Shown one piece after another: positions 1 to 12,624 of a stretch of DNA of 46,481 nucleotides; the first letter of the stretch is position 1, and each line of letters opens with the position of its first letter. The translations under genes were made by a program, and so were the position numbers. The DNA comes from a virus (taxonomy: Duplodnaviria > Heunggongvirae > Uroviricota > Caudoviricetes). The DNA lies in the IMG/VR virus record IMGVR_UViG_648861009_000008; one strand, given 5' to 3'. Under the pieces are notes generated by a model, which made no database searches, was not told the origin of the DNA, and saw only the letters and a program-made list of their open reading frames with translations.

Positions 1-1284
1 TTACAGACTTCTTGAAGGTTGCGCAGCTGTTACAACACGCGGTTGATCTTCCGCGGCATCTTCCAGTGCACTTAAATCACGGTCTCTCACTTCTGGCATT
101 TTCAGCGCAGAGATTAAACCAATCACTGAATATGCCATGATCATAATGGCGATCGGATACCAGGATTCCGTCATGGTGCAGAAAATACCCGCCAGGATAG
201 GACCAAAACCGGAAGCGATAAGACCACCAATTTCTTTAGAAATCGCCATCCGGGTAAAGCGGTTTTTACAGCCGAACATTTCTGCCATGGTAATGTTTTC
301 CAGAGCAAATAATCCCAGCACCGCACAGTTATGAATCACAATCAGTGCAACCATAATGGTGCTCGGGGCATAGCTTTTATCTACGATGATAGAAAGCATT
401 GGCCACGCCAGCACAATCGCAGAGGTATTCATAATAATATACGGGATCCGGCGACCTATTTTATCGGATAACCAACCAAGGAACGGAATGGTCATAAAGC
501 CGAGAATCGAACTGATCATCAATGCATCTGTTGGAATTGCTTTGTTAAACAATAACGTCTGCACTAAATAGCCTGCAAGGAAAGTCTGAATTAAACCGGA
601 GTTACCAGCCTGACCAAAACGCAGCCCTGTTGCCAGCCAGAAGGATTTGCTCTGGAACATGCTACCAGCAGGTGCAGGTTTTGCTGTCGGTTGGTTGCTG
701 TCGTTAACCTTCTCAAAGACCGGGCTTTCTTTCAGATTCATACGCAACCAGATAGCAAAGACCATCACGACAACGCTCGCCAGGAACGGTATACGCCATC
801 CCCACGCAAGCAGTTCCTCTTTACTGAGAATGAAGAACATAAAGGCCCAGATTGCCGTTGCGCTCAAGGTTCCGCAGTTAGTCCCCATAGCAACAAATGA
901 GGAGATAATTCCGCGCTTACCTTTTGGTGCATATTCCGCCAGCATCGTGCCGGCACCGGAAATTTCCGCGCCTGCCCCCAGCCCCTGAATAATACGCAGC
1001 GTCACCAGCAAAATTGGCGCAAACACACCAATTTGTGCATAGGTCGGCAGCACACCAATTAAGGTAGTACAGATCCCCATCATAGTGATGGTAATAAAGA
1101 GCACTTTTTTACGCCCGATTCTGTCGCCCATTTTGCCGAAAATAAATGCTCCGACAATACGCGCCACATAACCTGCACCGTAGGTTCCCATTGCCAGAAT
1201 TAACGCCATTGCCGTTGATGATTCAGGAAAAAATATTTCATGAAACACTAACGCTGCGCCGAGCGAATATAACTGGAAATCCAT
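1..1284 (-). CDS. ydfJ: MFS (metabolite:H+ symporter family) transporter, 5'-truncated: ORF begins inside TM1 (MDFQLYSLG...) and lacks the N-terminal G-x3-EWxDF segment; upstream sequence is unrelated
   Basis: 427-aa ORF with typical MFS motifs (GDRIGRKK, multiple TM helices); in-frame stop immediately upstream of the ATG; homology break at about 1285 consistent with prophage insertion into ydfJ. Confidence 0.8.
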   Translation of the reverse strand: MDFQLYSLGAALVFHEIFFPESSTAMALILAMGTYGAGYVARIVGAFIFGKMGDRIGRKKVLFITITMMGICTTLIGVLPTYAQIGVFAPILLVTLRIIQGLGAGAEISGAGTMLAEYAPKGKRGIISSFVAMGTNCGTLSATAIWAFMFFILSKEELLAWGWRIPFLASVVVMVFAIWLRMNLKESPVFEKVNDSNQPTAKPAPAGSMFQSKSFWLATGLRFGQAGNSGLIQTFLAGYLVQTLLFNKAIPTDALMISSILGFMTIPFLGWLSDKIGRRIPYIIMNTSAIVLAWPMLSIIVDKSYAPSTIMVALIVIHNCAVLGLFALENITMAEMFGCKNRFTRMAISKEIGGLIASGFGPILAGIFCTMTESWYPIAIMIMAYSVIGLISALKMPEVRDRDLSALEDAAEDQPRVVTAAQPSRSL

Positions 1285-1887
1285 AATTCACAGGTGTTTT
1301 TTCCCATCCTGTGGTTTCCTTGGCGTTTTCTAGGTTTTTTCAGATAGTTGCATTTTTTAAAAAGCATCCTAAGTTCGATCTCAGTGTCTATCTGGGGCCT
1401 ATTTCTGTCCCATATATGCCCCAAAAAAACTCCCCAACAGATAAGTAGTTTTTTCATGGATTTATGCGTAAAATCAAGAACGGCTGGAAATCATTCAATA
1501 CTCACACTATCGAAAAATTTACCAGCCAACCGCAGCACGTTCTTGCATAAGGCGTGTCTGCGGTTTTTCAACTATTCAGATACATCACTCCCATCACATT
1601 CATTCCTCCGCATCAAAGGCATATAGGCTATATCACCTTGATATTTTTCTTCTTCAGATAAAAACTGTTATCTATGTATACTTTTAAACCCAATCCGTGT
1701 AGAGTCTCTGCATAAGATAGTTTGCAGTTGCCGCTTCAGCTTGCGCCATAAACCGCCTGATTTTTGCTGCCACCTGTTAGCATTCCTGTATACCTGAAAC
1801 GACAATGTTTATCTACGAACTTTAAGAACACCCAAGATAAAAATTGTCAACTATATCATATATAACACATTACTAATTCGAGGCTAT

Positions 1888-2001
1888 ATGAACAGCATAC
1901 TGATAATCACTTCTCTCCTTATCATATTCAGCATTTTTAGTCATGCCCTAATAAAATTAGGGATTGGCATATCCAATAACCCAGACAAAACCGATGTATA
2001 A
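1888..2001 (+). CDS. small hydrophobic peptide (37 aa, [37 protein letters not shown])
   Basis: ATG with GAGG RBS 6 nt upstream; single predicted TM segment; below the ORF-track cutoff; not recognised. Confidence 0.25.
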
Positions 2002-2069
2002 GCCAACATATCCTGAATCAGACATACAATATCGCAATGAAAATCAATAATATTTTAAGGAATATCTTC

Positions 2070-2303
2070 ATGAAATCAAAAGACACCCTAAAGTGGTTCC
2101 CTGCGCAGCTTCCTGAAGTAAGAATTATCCTAGGGGATGCTGTAGTGGAAGTAGCAAAACAGGGAAGACCTATCAATACCAGAACATTGCTTGATTACAT
2201 TGAAGGAAACATAAAGAAAAAATCATGGCTGGATAACAAAGAATTATTACAAACAGCGATATCAGTTCTTAAAGACAACCAAAATTTAAATGGTAAAATG
2301 TAA
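2070..2303 (+). CDS. ydfK: YdfK/YnaE-family small prophage protein
   Basis: Translation MKSKDTLKWFPAQLPEVRIILGDAVVEVAKQGRP... matches the YdfK family as recalled; AAGGA RBS 8 nt upstream of ATG at 2070 (ORF track starts at an upstream in-frame ATG at 2037). Confidence 0.7.
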   Translation: MKSKDTLKWFPAQLPEVRIILGDAVVEVAKQGRPINTRTLLDYIEGNIKKKSWLDNKELLQTAISVLKDNQNLNGKM

Positions 2304-2619
2304 TATAATAAACTTACTTTTTTATCATTTTTCCACTTTAACAACATTTTGCTCCACTTTTCCACGACCAAACAACTTGAAATCTGGTTAAAATAACACG
2401 CAACACTATTCTTCTTCCTTGAGTCCGCCCGGAACTCGAAAAACAAACCGAGTTAAAGCCATTTTTCACAAAATCGATTTTGGGTCTCACCAAAATTACG
2501 GGGTTGCATACGCATTCGTTTATTTTCGAACGTGTACATACAAATATGTACAAAAATAATCAAAATTATTTTCTGAGATGCATTATGATATGAACACCAA
2601 TTTCGTATAGAATCTCACT

Positions 2620-3210
2620 ATGTCTCGAATTTTTGCTTACTGTCGGATATCAACGCTGGATCAGACCACCGAAAATCAACGCCGGGAAATCGAAAGTGCA
2701 GGTTTTAAAATCAAACCTCAGCAAATAATCGAAGAACACATTAGCGGCTCAGCAGCAACCAGTGAGCGTCCTGGTTTTAACCGGTTGCTTGCTCGCCTGA
2801 AATGTGGTGATCAATTGATTGTGACAAAACTGGATCGCCTTGGTTGTAATGCAATGGATATCAGGAAAACAGTGGAACAACTGACCGAAACAGGTATCAG
2901 AGTGCATTGCTTAGCATTGGGGGGCATTGACCTGACCAGTCCAACAGGAAAAATGATGATGCAAGTAATTTCAGCAGTCGCTGAATTTGAACGAGACCTT
3001 TTACTTGAACGCACTCATTCCGGGATAGTAAGAGCCCGCGGCGCAGGGAAACGTTTTGGTCGACCACCTGTGTTAAATGAAGAACAGAAACAGGTGGTAT
3101 TCGAACGAATTAAGTCAGGTGTAAGTATAAGTGCCATTGCCCGGGAATTCAAAACCTCGCGGCAAACCATTTTAAGAGCCAAAGCAAAACTTCAGACACC
3201 TGACATATAA
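2620..3210 (+). CDS. pinQ: serine-recombinase DNA invertase (Pin/Gin/Hin family)
   Basis: 196 aa; N-terminal catalytic region [10 protein letters not shown]-terminal HTH; placed next to the tail-fibre genes as in Mu gin and e14 pin. Confidence 0.9.
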
Positions 3211-3307
3211 AAAATAATCTCGGTGTGAGATGCTTTACGTCTTCCAAGCCCCCTTCCTTGCCGTAAATGGAAAGATACATCTAATTATAGAATTTATATG
3301 TTTTACC

Positions 3308-3883
3308 CTACGGCAGTGCTGGCCATTCAATATCCTGTGCAGTTGACGTATCAACACGGTTCAGCAATACCCGATACTTTTTCCATGCTTCCAGCAACGA
3401 GATTTCTTCCTCCGTTGCAATTTCCAGATCTGCAGCATCCTGAAGCGGCGCAATATGCTCACTGGCTACCTGCATCAGGTTGTTTTTTGTTTCTTCCGCC
3501 TCCCGGATCCGGAACAGTTTTTCTGCTTCCGTATCCTTCACCCAGGCTGTGCCGTTCCACTTCTGAAACTCCCCTTCCGGGGATAACCAGGTGACATTTT
3601 CCGGTAATGGGCCAAGTTCAGAAATAAATAACGCGTCGCCGGAAGCCACGTCATAGACGGTTTTACCCCGATGATCTTCAACGAGATGCCACGATGCCTC
3701 ATCACTGTTGAAAACAGCCACGAAGCCAGCCGGAATATCTGGCGGTGCAATATCGGTACTGTTTGCTGGCAGACCTGTATGAGGCGGAATATATGCGTCA
3801 CCTTCACCAATAAATTCATTAGTTCCTGCCAGCAGATTATAAATTTTTATGGTCCGTGGTTGTTCACTCATTCTGAATGCCAT
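3308..3883 (-). CDS. tfaQ: tail fibre assembly protein (Tfa)
   Basis: 191 aa; start overlaps the stf stop (TAATG); lambda Tfa-like sequence. Confidence 0.85.
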   Translation of the reverse strand: MAFRMSEQPRTIKIYNLLAGTNEFIGEGDAYIPPHTGLPANSTDIAPPDIPAGFVAVFNSDEASWHLVEDHRGKTVYDVASGDALFISELGPLPENVTWLSPEGEFQKWNGTAWVKDTEAEKLFRIREAEETKNNLMQVASEHIAPLQDAADLEIATEEEISLLEAWKKYRVLLNRVDTSTAQDIEWPALP

Positions 3884-6804
3884 TATGCAAGCCTCACAAT
3901 GTAGTTAAATGCGATGTTTTTGACAGTGTTTTCCGCGTTACCAGCAGCGTTAACGGTGATGGTGTGTCCATGTGAGCCAATCGCAACAGAGTGCGTATGA
4001 GCACCAATACCGACAGTATGTGCGTGAGCACCTGCAGATGCAGCTGTGCCGCTGACACTATGAGTGTGCGCTCCTGCAGCACTTGTATTCACACTGGCCG
4101 CAGACACTACCTTATGTACTGACCCATTTTGTGACCACTGGCTGACTGCTGATGCGCCTGTGACACTATGAGTATGGTTTCCGGCACTTGCGGCTGTACC
4201 GCTCACACTGTGCGTATGCGCCCCGGTGTTATTCGTGGATTTAGTGCCGTAATCAAACGACGATGTGGTTTTCGTCCCCAAATCCGTACTGGATGCACTG
4301 GCGCTGTGGGTGTGCGATTTAATGCCGTCCTGTTCCTGAGACAATACGGCCCGACCACTGGCAGGTTTGCCCTTAATCGTCCAGCCACGCATATCAGGGA
4401 TCACGCCTGACGGATAAGCGGTTGCAAGTTTCGGGTAAGCGGATTTGTCAAAAGTCTGCCCCTGCATCAGGGCATAACCAGACGGAACGGTATCTGATGG
4501 CCACGGGATTGGTGCGCCAGGCGGATAAAACTGCTCTGATGGCGTATAGAGTGAATAAACTGTACCGTCCGTTAACCCTTCCGGCTTATTAGCAGAATAT
4601 GCTGGTGACGTATGAATAGTCACGCTGGCATTACTGGTATAATCCCATTGAATATTTACACCAGTCGCATAATTTCCGATTGCAACGTAAATATCGTAAG
4701 TATCACCAGATGTATTGACCCAGGCAAAATTTGTAAACCCTGTCGATGTGCGCTGCCATAAAGCACCAGTAATCCCCTTCGGATTACCATTACCTGCACG
4801 CAAAACAAGTTCAGATATACCTGCCTGTTGAGGTGACCCCACGTTAAATCCCGCGCCACCAATCAACGTAATTGAAACAACAGAACTCGCCTGTGGCATG
4901 GTTACCGTTGCTAATTTGAACCAACCAGCACCACCGCTGAATGACATTGTTGTTGAGTTAAGCGTACCAATATCTTTCGGCGTCAGTGTTATATCCGCTG
5001 AAAGCGCCTTACCATTCACCTTACGGGCAGAAGGTACCCGACCATTCGCATTATCATTAGCTGCTTTCACTGCTTTCGGTGTCGCGGCAAGCGTTTCAGA
5101 TGCGCTGTTGGTTGCACTACTGAGCTGGACAATTCCTTTTTGTGCTGTCGTAGCGTCCTGAGCAGTATATTTCCCGTTAGCAAGGTCATAGGCTGCCTTT
5201 ACCGACTTTGGCGTTGCCGCCAGCATTTCAGATGTGCTGTTGGTCGCGCTGCTGAGCTGAACTATCCCTTTTTGTGCTGTCGTTGCATCCTGTGCGGTGT
5301 ATTTCCCGTTAGCCAGCTCATACGCGGCCTTAACGGCTTTTGGCGTTGCCGCCAGTGACTCGGAAGTGCTGTTAGTCGCACTGCTGAGCTGTACTATCCC
5401 CTTTTTCGTCGTGCTCGCATCCTCAAGCGCCACGGCGGATGCAATATCCTCTGCCCGTTTTGCCGCTGTCTCGGCGCGCGTTGCCGCGGATTCCGCCGTA
5501 CTTTTGCTCTGAGCTGCCGCCGTCGCACTGCCAGCTGCCTCTGTCGCCTTCGTGGATGCCGTCGTGGCGCTGCCCTTTGCTGCTGACGCCTGTCTGGTCG
5601 CCTCATCTTTTGAAGCAGACGCAGATGATGCCGATGACGCCGCCGAACTGGCGGACGATGCGGCAGCCGTTTTTGAGGATTCTGCGCTGGTTTCCGACGC
5701 TTTCGCGTTCGTCTCGGATGTCTTCGCTGCGGAAGCAGACCTCGCTGCTGCGCTGGCCTGTTCAGTGGCTTCGCCAGCCTTCGTTGTGGCTGTTGAAGCG
5801 GACGATGCGGCGCTTTCTGCCGATTTTCCGGCAGCGGTGGCACTGGCTGAGGCCTGCCCGGCACTTGTTGACGCGGCACTGGCAGACGACGCAGCCGCTG
5901 TTTTTGAGCCTGCCGCAGCTGAGGCGCTCTGTCCCGCTGCCGTCTCAGAAGACCTGGCGTTCGTCTCGGACGTTTTTGCCGCCTTCGCGGAATTTGCTGC
6001 CGCCGTTGCCGAGGAAGCTGCGCTACTGGCGCTCGAGGATGCGTTCGTTTCTGATGATTTTGCCGCCTCTTTTGAAGCCGACGCATCCCGGGCTGAGGTG
6101 GCAGCTTCTGACGCTTTCGTGGTCGCGGTGGATGCAGAAGTGGCGGCTGATTGTTGTGACGCTGCAGCATTCGTTTCTGACGTTTTCGCGGCAGCGGCAC
6201 TGGTAGCTGCCGCGCTTTTTGAGGACTCTGCAGCGGCAGCACTTTTTTCCGCTTCAGTGGCCTTTGTTGATGCCGTTCCTGCGCTGGAAGACGCTGACTG
6301 AGCCGACGAAGCGGCCTGTCCGGCTGACGTGCTGGCTGCACGTGCTGAATCTGCAGCATCAGTCGCATGGGTTGCCGCCTCACGGGCAGATGTGCCGGCA
6401 TCACTGGCTGACTTCTTCGCGGCTGCCGTGTTCTGTGCCACCACGGACGCGTTACGCGCCACCTCTTCCACCATCTGTTCAAAACGGCGCAGTGCCTCCG
6501 GACGGGCATCATCCTCCGTCATGGCACCGAGAAAATCATTCAGCGTACCGGGTTGAGAATCTTCATACACGGTGATGGTCCCGGCATGTGACGGCGGGAA
6601 TCCTTCCACCAACAGAATAACGCTGTACTGCCCGTACTCAACGTCCATGCTGTAACGCCCGGCTTCATCCGGATTTTCTGAGGCCAGCGTGTTCACCACC
6701 ACCGTGGTGCTGTTACGTTTTGCTTTCAGCTGGATTGTGCAGTTCTGTACCGGTTTTCCTGTGCCGTCTTTCAGTACACCTGAAATCTTTACTGCCATAT
6801 TCAC
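3883..6804 (-). CDS. stfQ: side tail fibre protein (lambda Stf homolog) with a long Ala/Ser-rich region and three tandem ~45-aa repeats
   Basis: N-terminus [26 protein letters not shown] and C-terminus ...[31 protein letters not shown] match lambda Stf as recalled. Confidence 0.9.
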   Translation of the reverse strand: MNMAVKISGVLKDGTGKPVQNCTIQLKAKRNSTTVVVNTLASENPDEAGRYSMDVEYGQYSVILLVEGFPPSHAGTITVYEDSQPGTLNDFLGAMTEDDARPEALRRFEQMVEEVARNASVVAQNTAAAKKSASDAGTSAREAATHATDAADSARAASTSAGQAASSAQSASSSAGTASTKATEAEKSAAAAESSKSAAATSAAAAKTSETNAAASQQSAATSASTATTKASEAATSARDASASKEAAKSSETNASSSASSAASSATAAANSAKAAKTSETNARSSETAAGQSASAAAGSKTAAASSASAASTSAGQASASATAAGKSAESAASSASTATTKAGEATEQASAAARSASAAKTSETNAKASETSAESSKTAAASSASSAASSASSASASKDEATRQASAAKGSATTASTKATEAAGSATAAAQSKSTAESAATRAETAAKRAEDIASAVALEDASTTKKGIVQLSSATNSTSESLAATPKAVKAAYELANGKYTAQDATTAQKGIVQLSSATNSTSEMLAATPKSVKAAYDLANGKYTAQDATTAQKGIVQLSSATNSASETLAATPKAVKAANDNANGRVPSARKVNGKALSADITLTPKDIGTLNSTTMSFSGGAGWFKLATVTMPQASSVVSITLIGGAGFNVGSPQQAGISELVLRAGNGNPKGITGALWQRTSTGFTNFAWVNTSGDTYDIYVAIGNYATGVNIQWDYTSNASVTIHTSPAYSANKPEGLTDGTVYSLYTPSEQFYPPGAPIPWPSDTVPSGYALMQGQTFDKSAYPKLATAYPSGVIPDMRGWTIKGKPASGRAVLSQEQDGIKSHTHSASASSTDLGTKTTSSFDYGTKSTNNTGAHTHSVSGTAASAGNHTHSVTGASAVSQWSQNGSVHKVVSAASVNTSAAGAHTHSVSGTAASAGAHAHTVGIGAHTHSVAIGSHGHTITVNAAGNAENTVKNIAFNYIVRLA
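5095..5435. repeat. three tandem ~133-bp direct repeats inside stf (repeat [42 protein letters not shown])
   Basis: Near-identical DNA blocks starting at about 5101, 5233 and 5366. Confidence 0.8.
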
Positions 6805-6807
6805 CCC

Positions 6808-6836
6808 ACAAAAAAGCCCGCCTGAACCGGCGGGCT
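6808..6836 (-). terminator. Rho-independent terminator downstream of lom
   Basis: Minus-strand hairpin AGCCCGCC-ggttca-GGCGGGCT followed by TTTTTT. Confidence 0.6.
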
Positions 6837-6862
6837 GTCATAACACTGTGTTACCTGGCTAA

Positions 6863-7462
6863 TCAGAACTTATAACCGACACCCACGATGAAACCGTCAG
6901 TGCGCCAGTCGCCACTGCCGGAGCCTTCATAAGCAATATCAATGGCCACGGATTCGGTCGGGTTAAACTGCACGCCAGCTCCCCACGCCAGAGACGTGTT
7001 GCTGTGGCGACCGTCATCACTTCCGGTCAGCACGTCGTGCGTTTTCCCCTTGTTGTCAGTTACGCGGAGATAATCCCCGGAGAAAGTCGACACACGGCTG
7101 TAAGCCATACCCGCCATCGCATACGCGCTGAACCATTCATTCACGCGCACAGACGGCCCCACCATCACGCTGAACCAGCGGTTACGCACGGAATCTTCAT
7201 GCCAGCGGGTATCGCTGTAACGGGTAAGCTGGCGATTCTTGTCTCCTGCATAGCTGAATGACGTCACCAGCCCCAGTGTGTCCGTAAACTCATAACGGTA
7301 TTTCACGTTAATCCCGTTCAGATCATCACTGCCGGGAACGTTCGTCCGGGCATGAAGATACCCCGCGCTCAGCGTGGACTGATGTTCAGACGCCCATGCA
7401 GGCGCACCGGATACGGCCAGACAAATGGCTGCGGACAAAATGGCGGCATAAAGTTTACGCAT
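6863..7462 (-). CDS. lom: Lom/Ail-family outer-membrane beta-barrel protein (moron)
   Basis: 199 aa with signal peptide ([14 protein letters not shown]), C-terminal ...GYKF; same position as lambda lom between J and stf. Confidence 0.85.
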
Positions 7463-7484
7463 AATTACCTCTCGCTTTTCTGCA

Positions 7485-7510
7485 ATAAAAAAGGCGTCAT
7501 TTCTGACGCC
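7485..7510 (-). terminator. Rho-independent terminator between J and lom
   Basis: Minus-strand hairpin GGCGTCA-gaaa-TGACGCC followed by TTTTTTATT. Confidence 0.55.
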
Positions 7511-7528
7511 CGTTCTGGGTTATAAAAT

Positions 7529-9891
<2,363 letters not shown>

Positions 9892-10730
9892 NNNNNNNNN
9901 NNNNNNNNNNNNNNNNNNNNNNNNNNNNNNNNNNNNNNNNNNNNNNNNNNNNNNNNNNNNNNNNNNNNNNNNNNNNNNNNNNNNNNNNNNNNNNNNNNNN
10001 NNNNNNNNNNNNNNNNNNNNNNNNNNNNNNNNNNNNNNNNNNNNNNNNNNNNNNNNNNNNNNNNNNNNNNNNNNNNNNNNNNNNNNNNNNNNNNNNNNNN
10101 NNNNNNNNNNNNNNNNNNNNNNNNNNNNNNNNNNNNNNNNNNNNNNNNNNNNNNNNNNNNNNNNNNNNNNNNNNNNNNNNNNNNNNNNNNNNNNNNNNNN
10201 NNNNNNNNNNNNNNNNNNNNNNNNNNNNNNNNNNNNNNNNNNNNNNNNNNNNNNNNNNNNNNNNNNNNNNNNNNNNNNNNNNNNNNNNNNNNNNNNNNNN
10301 NNNNNNNNNNNNNNNNNNNNNNNNNNNNNNNNNNNNNNNNNNNNNNNNNNNNNNNNNNNNNNNNNNNNNNNNNNNNNNNNNNNNNNNNNNNNNNNNNNNN
10401 NNNNNNNNNNNNNNNNNNNNNNNNNNNNNNNNNNNNNNNNNNNNNNNNNNNNNNNNNNNNNNNNNNNNNNNNNNNNNNNNNNNNNNNNNNNNNNNNNNNN
10501 NNNNNNNNNNNNNNNNNNNNNNNNNNNNNNNNNNNNNNNNNNNNNNNNNNNNNNNNNNNNNNNNNNNNNNNNNNNNNNNNNNNNNNNNNNNNNNNNNNNN
10601 NNNNNNNNNNNNNNNNNNNNNNNNNNNNNNNNNNNNNNNNNNNNNNNNNNNNNNNNNNNNNNNNNNNNNNNNNNNNNNNNNNNNNNNNNNNNNNNNNNNN
10701 NNNNNNNNNNNNNNNNNNNNNNNNNNNNNN
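9892..10730. other. assembly gap (839 N) hiding the 5' end of J, genes K and I, and the 3' end of L
   Basis: Run of N; flanking ORFs are J (C-terminal part) and L (N-terminal part). Confidence 0.95.
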
Positions 10731-11372
10731 AAACTTACAGCCGCTCAGGCATTTGCTGCATTTATCCTTCGTGATATCGGACGTCGGCTGATCATATTCA
10801 TCCGCGACCGCCGGACCGTGATAACCGCACTCGTCACCGCGATAGGTCCAGGTGCAGGTGTTGGCCAGCATGATGCGCCCCGGAAAAACGGCACCGTCCG
10901 TTTCCGTCGGCGTGGACAGTACAAAAGAGGCACTCACCGCGCTCAGTTCGCTGCACTGCTCGATGCGCCAGCGGCTGATCACCTCCTGCTCAGGATCGGC
11001 GTCACTGTTTCCGTTGACGAAGTTCACCGCATCCAGAAAACGGGCGTAAACCTTACGCCTGACCACCGTTCCGCCGACCAGACTCTGCAGATCTTCCGCC
11101 ATCCCGGTGACCATGCCGTGCAGGTTAGAAACCGTCAGTGTCGGACGGGCAGCACTGCCCTTGCCATTCAGTTCAAATCCCGTCCCCTGAATGGGGTATG
11201 CCTGATACTGCCGCCCCTGCCAGGTAACCGGCTCACCTTTTTCGTTCTGCTCATTACAGAAAAAATAACGTTCACCACCGACCTCTGTCAGATCGATTTC
11301 CCAGAGCACCACCTGGGCTGACTGAGTGAGGCGTGTCGTCTCATGATGTGTTTCCTGTGGAATATCCTGCAT
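10731..11372 (-). CDS. L: minor tail protein L (3' end in gap)
   Basis: MQDIPQETHHETTRLTQSAQVVLWEIDLTEVGGERYFFCNEQNEKGEPVTWQGRQYQ... closely matches lambda L as recalled; runs into the N-run. Confidence 0.85.
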
Positions 11373-11381
11373 CAGAGCCTC

Positions 11382-11711
11382 CTATGCCACGACCTGTTCA
11401 AAATCTGCCGTTATGGTTACCCACAACGCCCCCACGCTTGCCGACCATTTACGACAAACCACCCTGATCGGCTTCCAGTCATAAGGTGGCGTCCACTGAA
11501 ATGCGCGGACGCCACCGTGCCGTTCCAGAAAGGCTTTTAAAGATGGGTGTTCACATTTACGAACACGTATCGTCACGCTGTAAGTCGACAACTGGTTATT
11601 CAGTCCCGCCGCACGACGCTGTTCATAACCATCGCCAAGCTTCACTGTCACCACTTTCGGCTCTGATACCACATTCATATCCGGGCGCACTTTCCAGTGA
11701 AACGTCTCCAT
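11382..11711 (-). CDS. M: minor tail protein M
   Basis: 109 aa, same length as lambda M, with ...GDGYEQRRAAGLN...FQWTPPYDWKPIRVVCRKWS... motifs. Confidence 0.85.
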   Translation of the reverse strand: METFHWKVRPDMNVVSEPKVVTVKLGDGYEQRRAAGLNNQLSTYSVTIRVRKCEHPSLKAFLERHGGVRAFQWTPPYDWKPIRVVCRKWSASVGALWVTITADFEQVVA

Positions 11712-12562
11712 TACCGATATGCTCCACTTAACCGACCACCATCACGGGCCTGCTGTTGCATAAAGTCCGCTGCCGCTTTTTTCCCGAGGTCATAAACCGC
11801 CTTCAGGGCAGCCGGACCTATCTGCCCGTTCGTGCCATCGTTATTGATCTCGATGTTGTACTGCGGGGAAAACATCGCCATACCTGAACCCCCAATATCC
11901 GCCACAACCCCCAGCTTACCGTCAGCACCACGACGCAATGGCAGAATGGCTTCAGGTCCCGCTTCCCCCATCACACCCGCGCCTTTTGCAAAAGCAAAAA
12001 ACGTCGGACGGTTAACCACCGTGCCACTGTAACGACTCAAATCAGCAGACTGATAAATCCCCCCATTGGCATTCAGGGAAAGGCTGCTGAGATCAAATCC
12101 CAGCACACTGCCAATCCCTTTTATCGATTTCATCATGGTTGCCTGCGCCAGGATTTTCGCCATATCTGACAGCACAGAAGAGGTGAAGGATTTGAAATTG
12201 AGTTTGCCGGTAGTGACAAAAGTTGCCAGGCCATTTCCCATGTTGCTGAAGGCTGACGAGAACACCTGTTCTGCTGTTCCTGCCGTATTATCTGCATCCA
12301 CGGTAAAATCCTGAAATGCACGCAGGACTCCGTTTTTCCAGTTACCCTGCACAACTTCAAGCTGTTGCCAGTAACGGCGATTCTCATTCAGTTGTCGGTT
12401 CAGGCTCTCCGTCAGCGCCTGCTCGGCCTTTCTGTAGTCATCCGTGTTATATGTTCCTTTCTGCTCACTATCCCGCCTCAACTGCTCCAGCTGTTGCTGG
12501 TATTTCTGGCGAAGACTCAGTTGTACCTGATATCGCTGCCGCTGCTGATCACCCATACCCAC
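11711..12562 (-). CDS. H: tail tape-measure protein, C-terminal segment (different frame from the N-terminal segment)
   Basis: 283-aa ORF directly downstream of the 726-aa tape-measure ORF; the two join if one A is added to an A6 run at 12637..12642. Confidence 0.7.
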   Translation of the reverse strand: MGMGDQQRQRYQVQLSLRQKYQQQLEQLRRDSEQKGTYNTDDYRKAEQALTESLNRQLNENRRYWQQLEVVQGNWKNGVLRAFQDFTVDADNTAGTAEQVFSSAFSNMGNGLATFVTTGKLNFKSFTSSVLSDMAKILAQATMMKSIKGIGSVLGFDLSSLSLNANGGIYQSADLSRYSGTVVNRPTFFAFAKGAGVMGEAGPEAILPLRRGADGKLGVVADIGGSGMAMFSPQYNIEINNDGTNGQIGPAALKAVYDLGKKAAADFMQQQARDGGRLSGAYR

Positions 12563-12624
12563 CGTGGCGATATCCAGGTCATGTTGCTGACGCTGAGCGC
12601 GCTCTTCTTCAGCCAGTTGACTGG

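Noticed and set aside
2533-2552. Palindrome upstream of pin as a LexA box
   Set aside because: TGTACATAcaaaTATGTACA does not match the CTGT-N8-ACAG LexA consensus; kept only as an unassigned dyad.
5394-6575. Long Arg/Pro-rich and Ala/Asp-rich ORFs overlapping stf in other frames
   Set aside because: Low-complexity by-products of the Ala/Ser-rich repeat region of the tail fibre gene.
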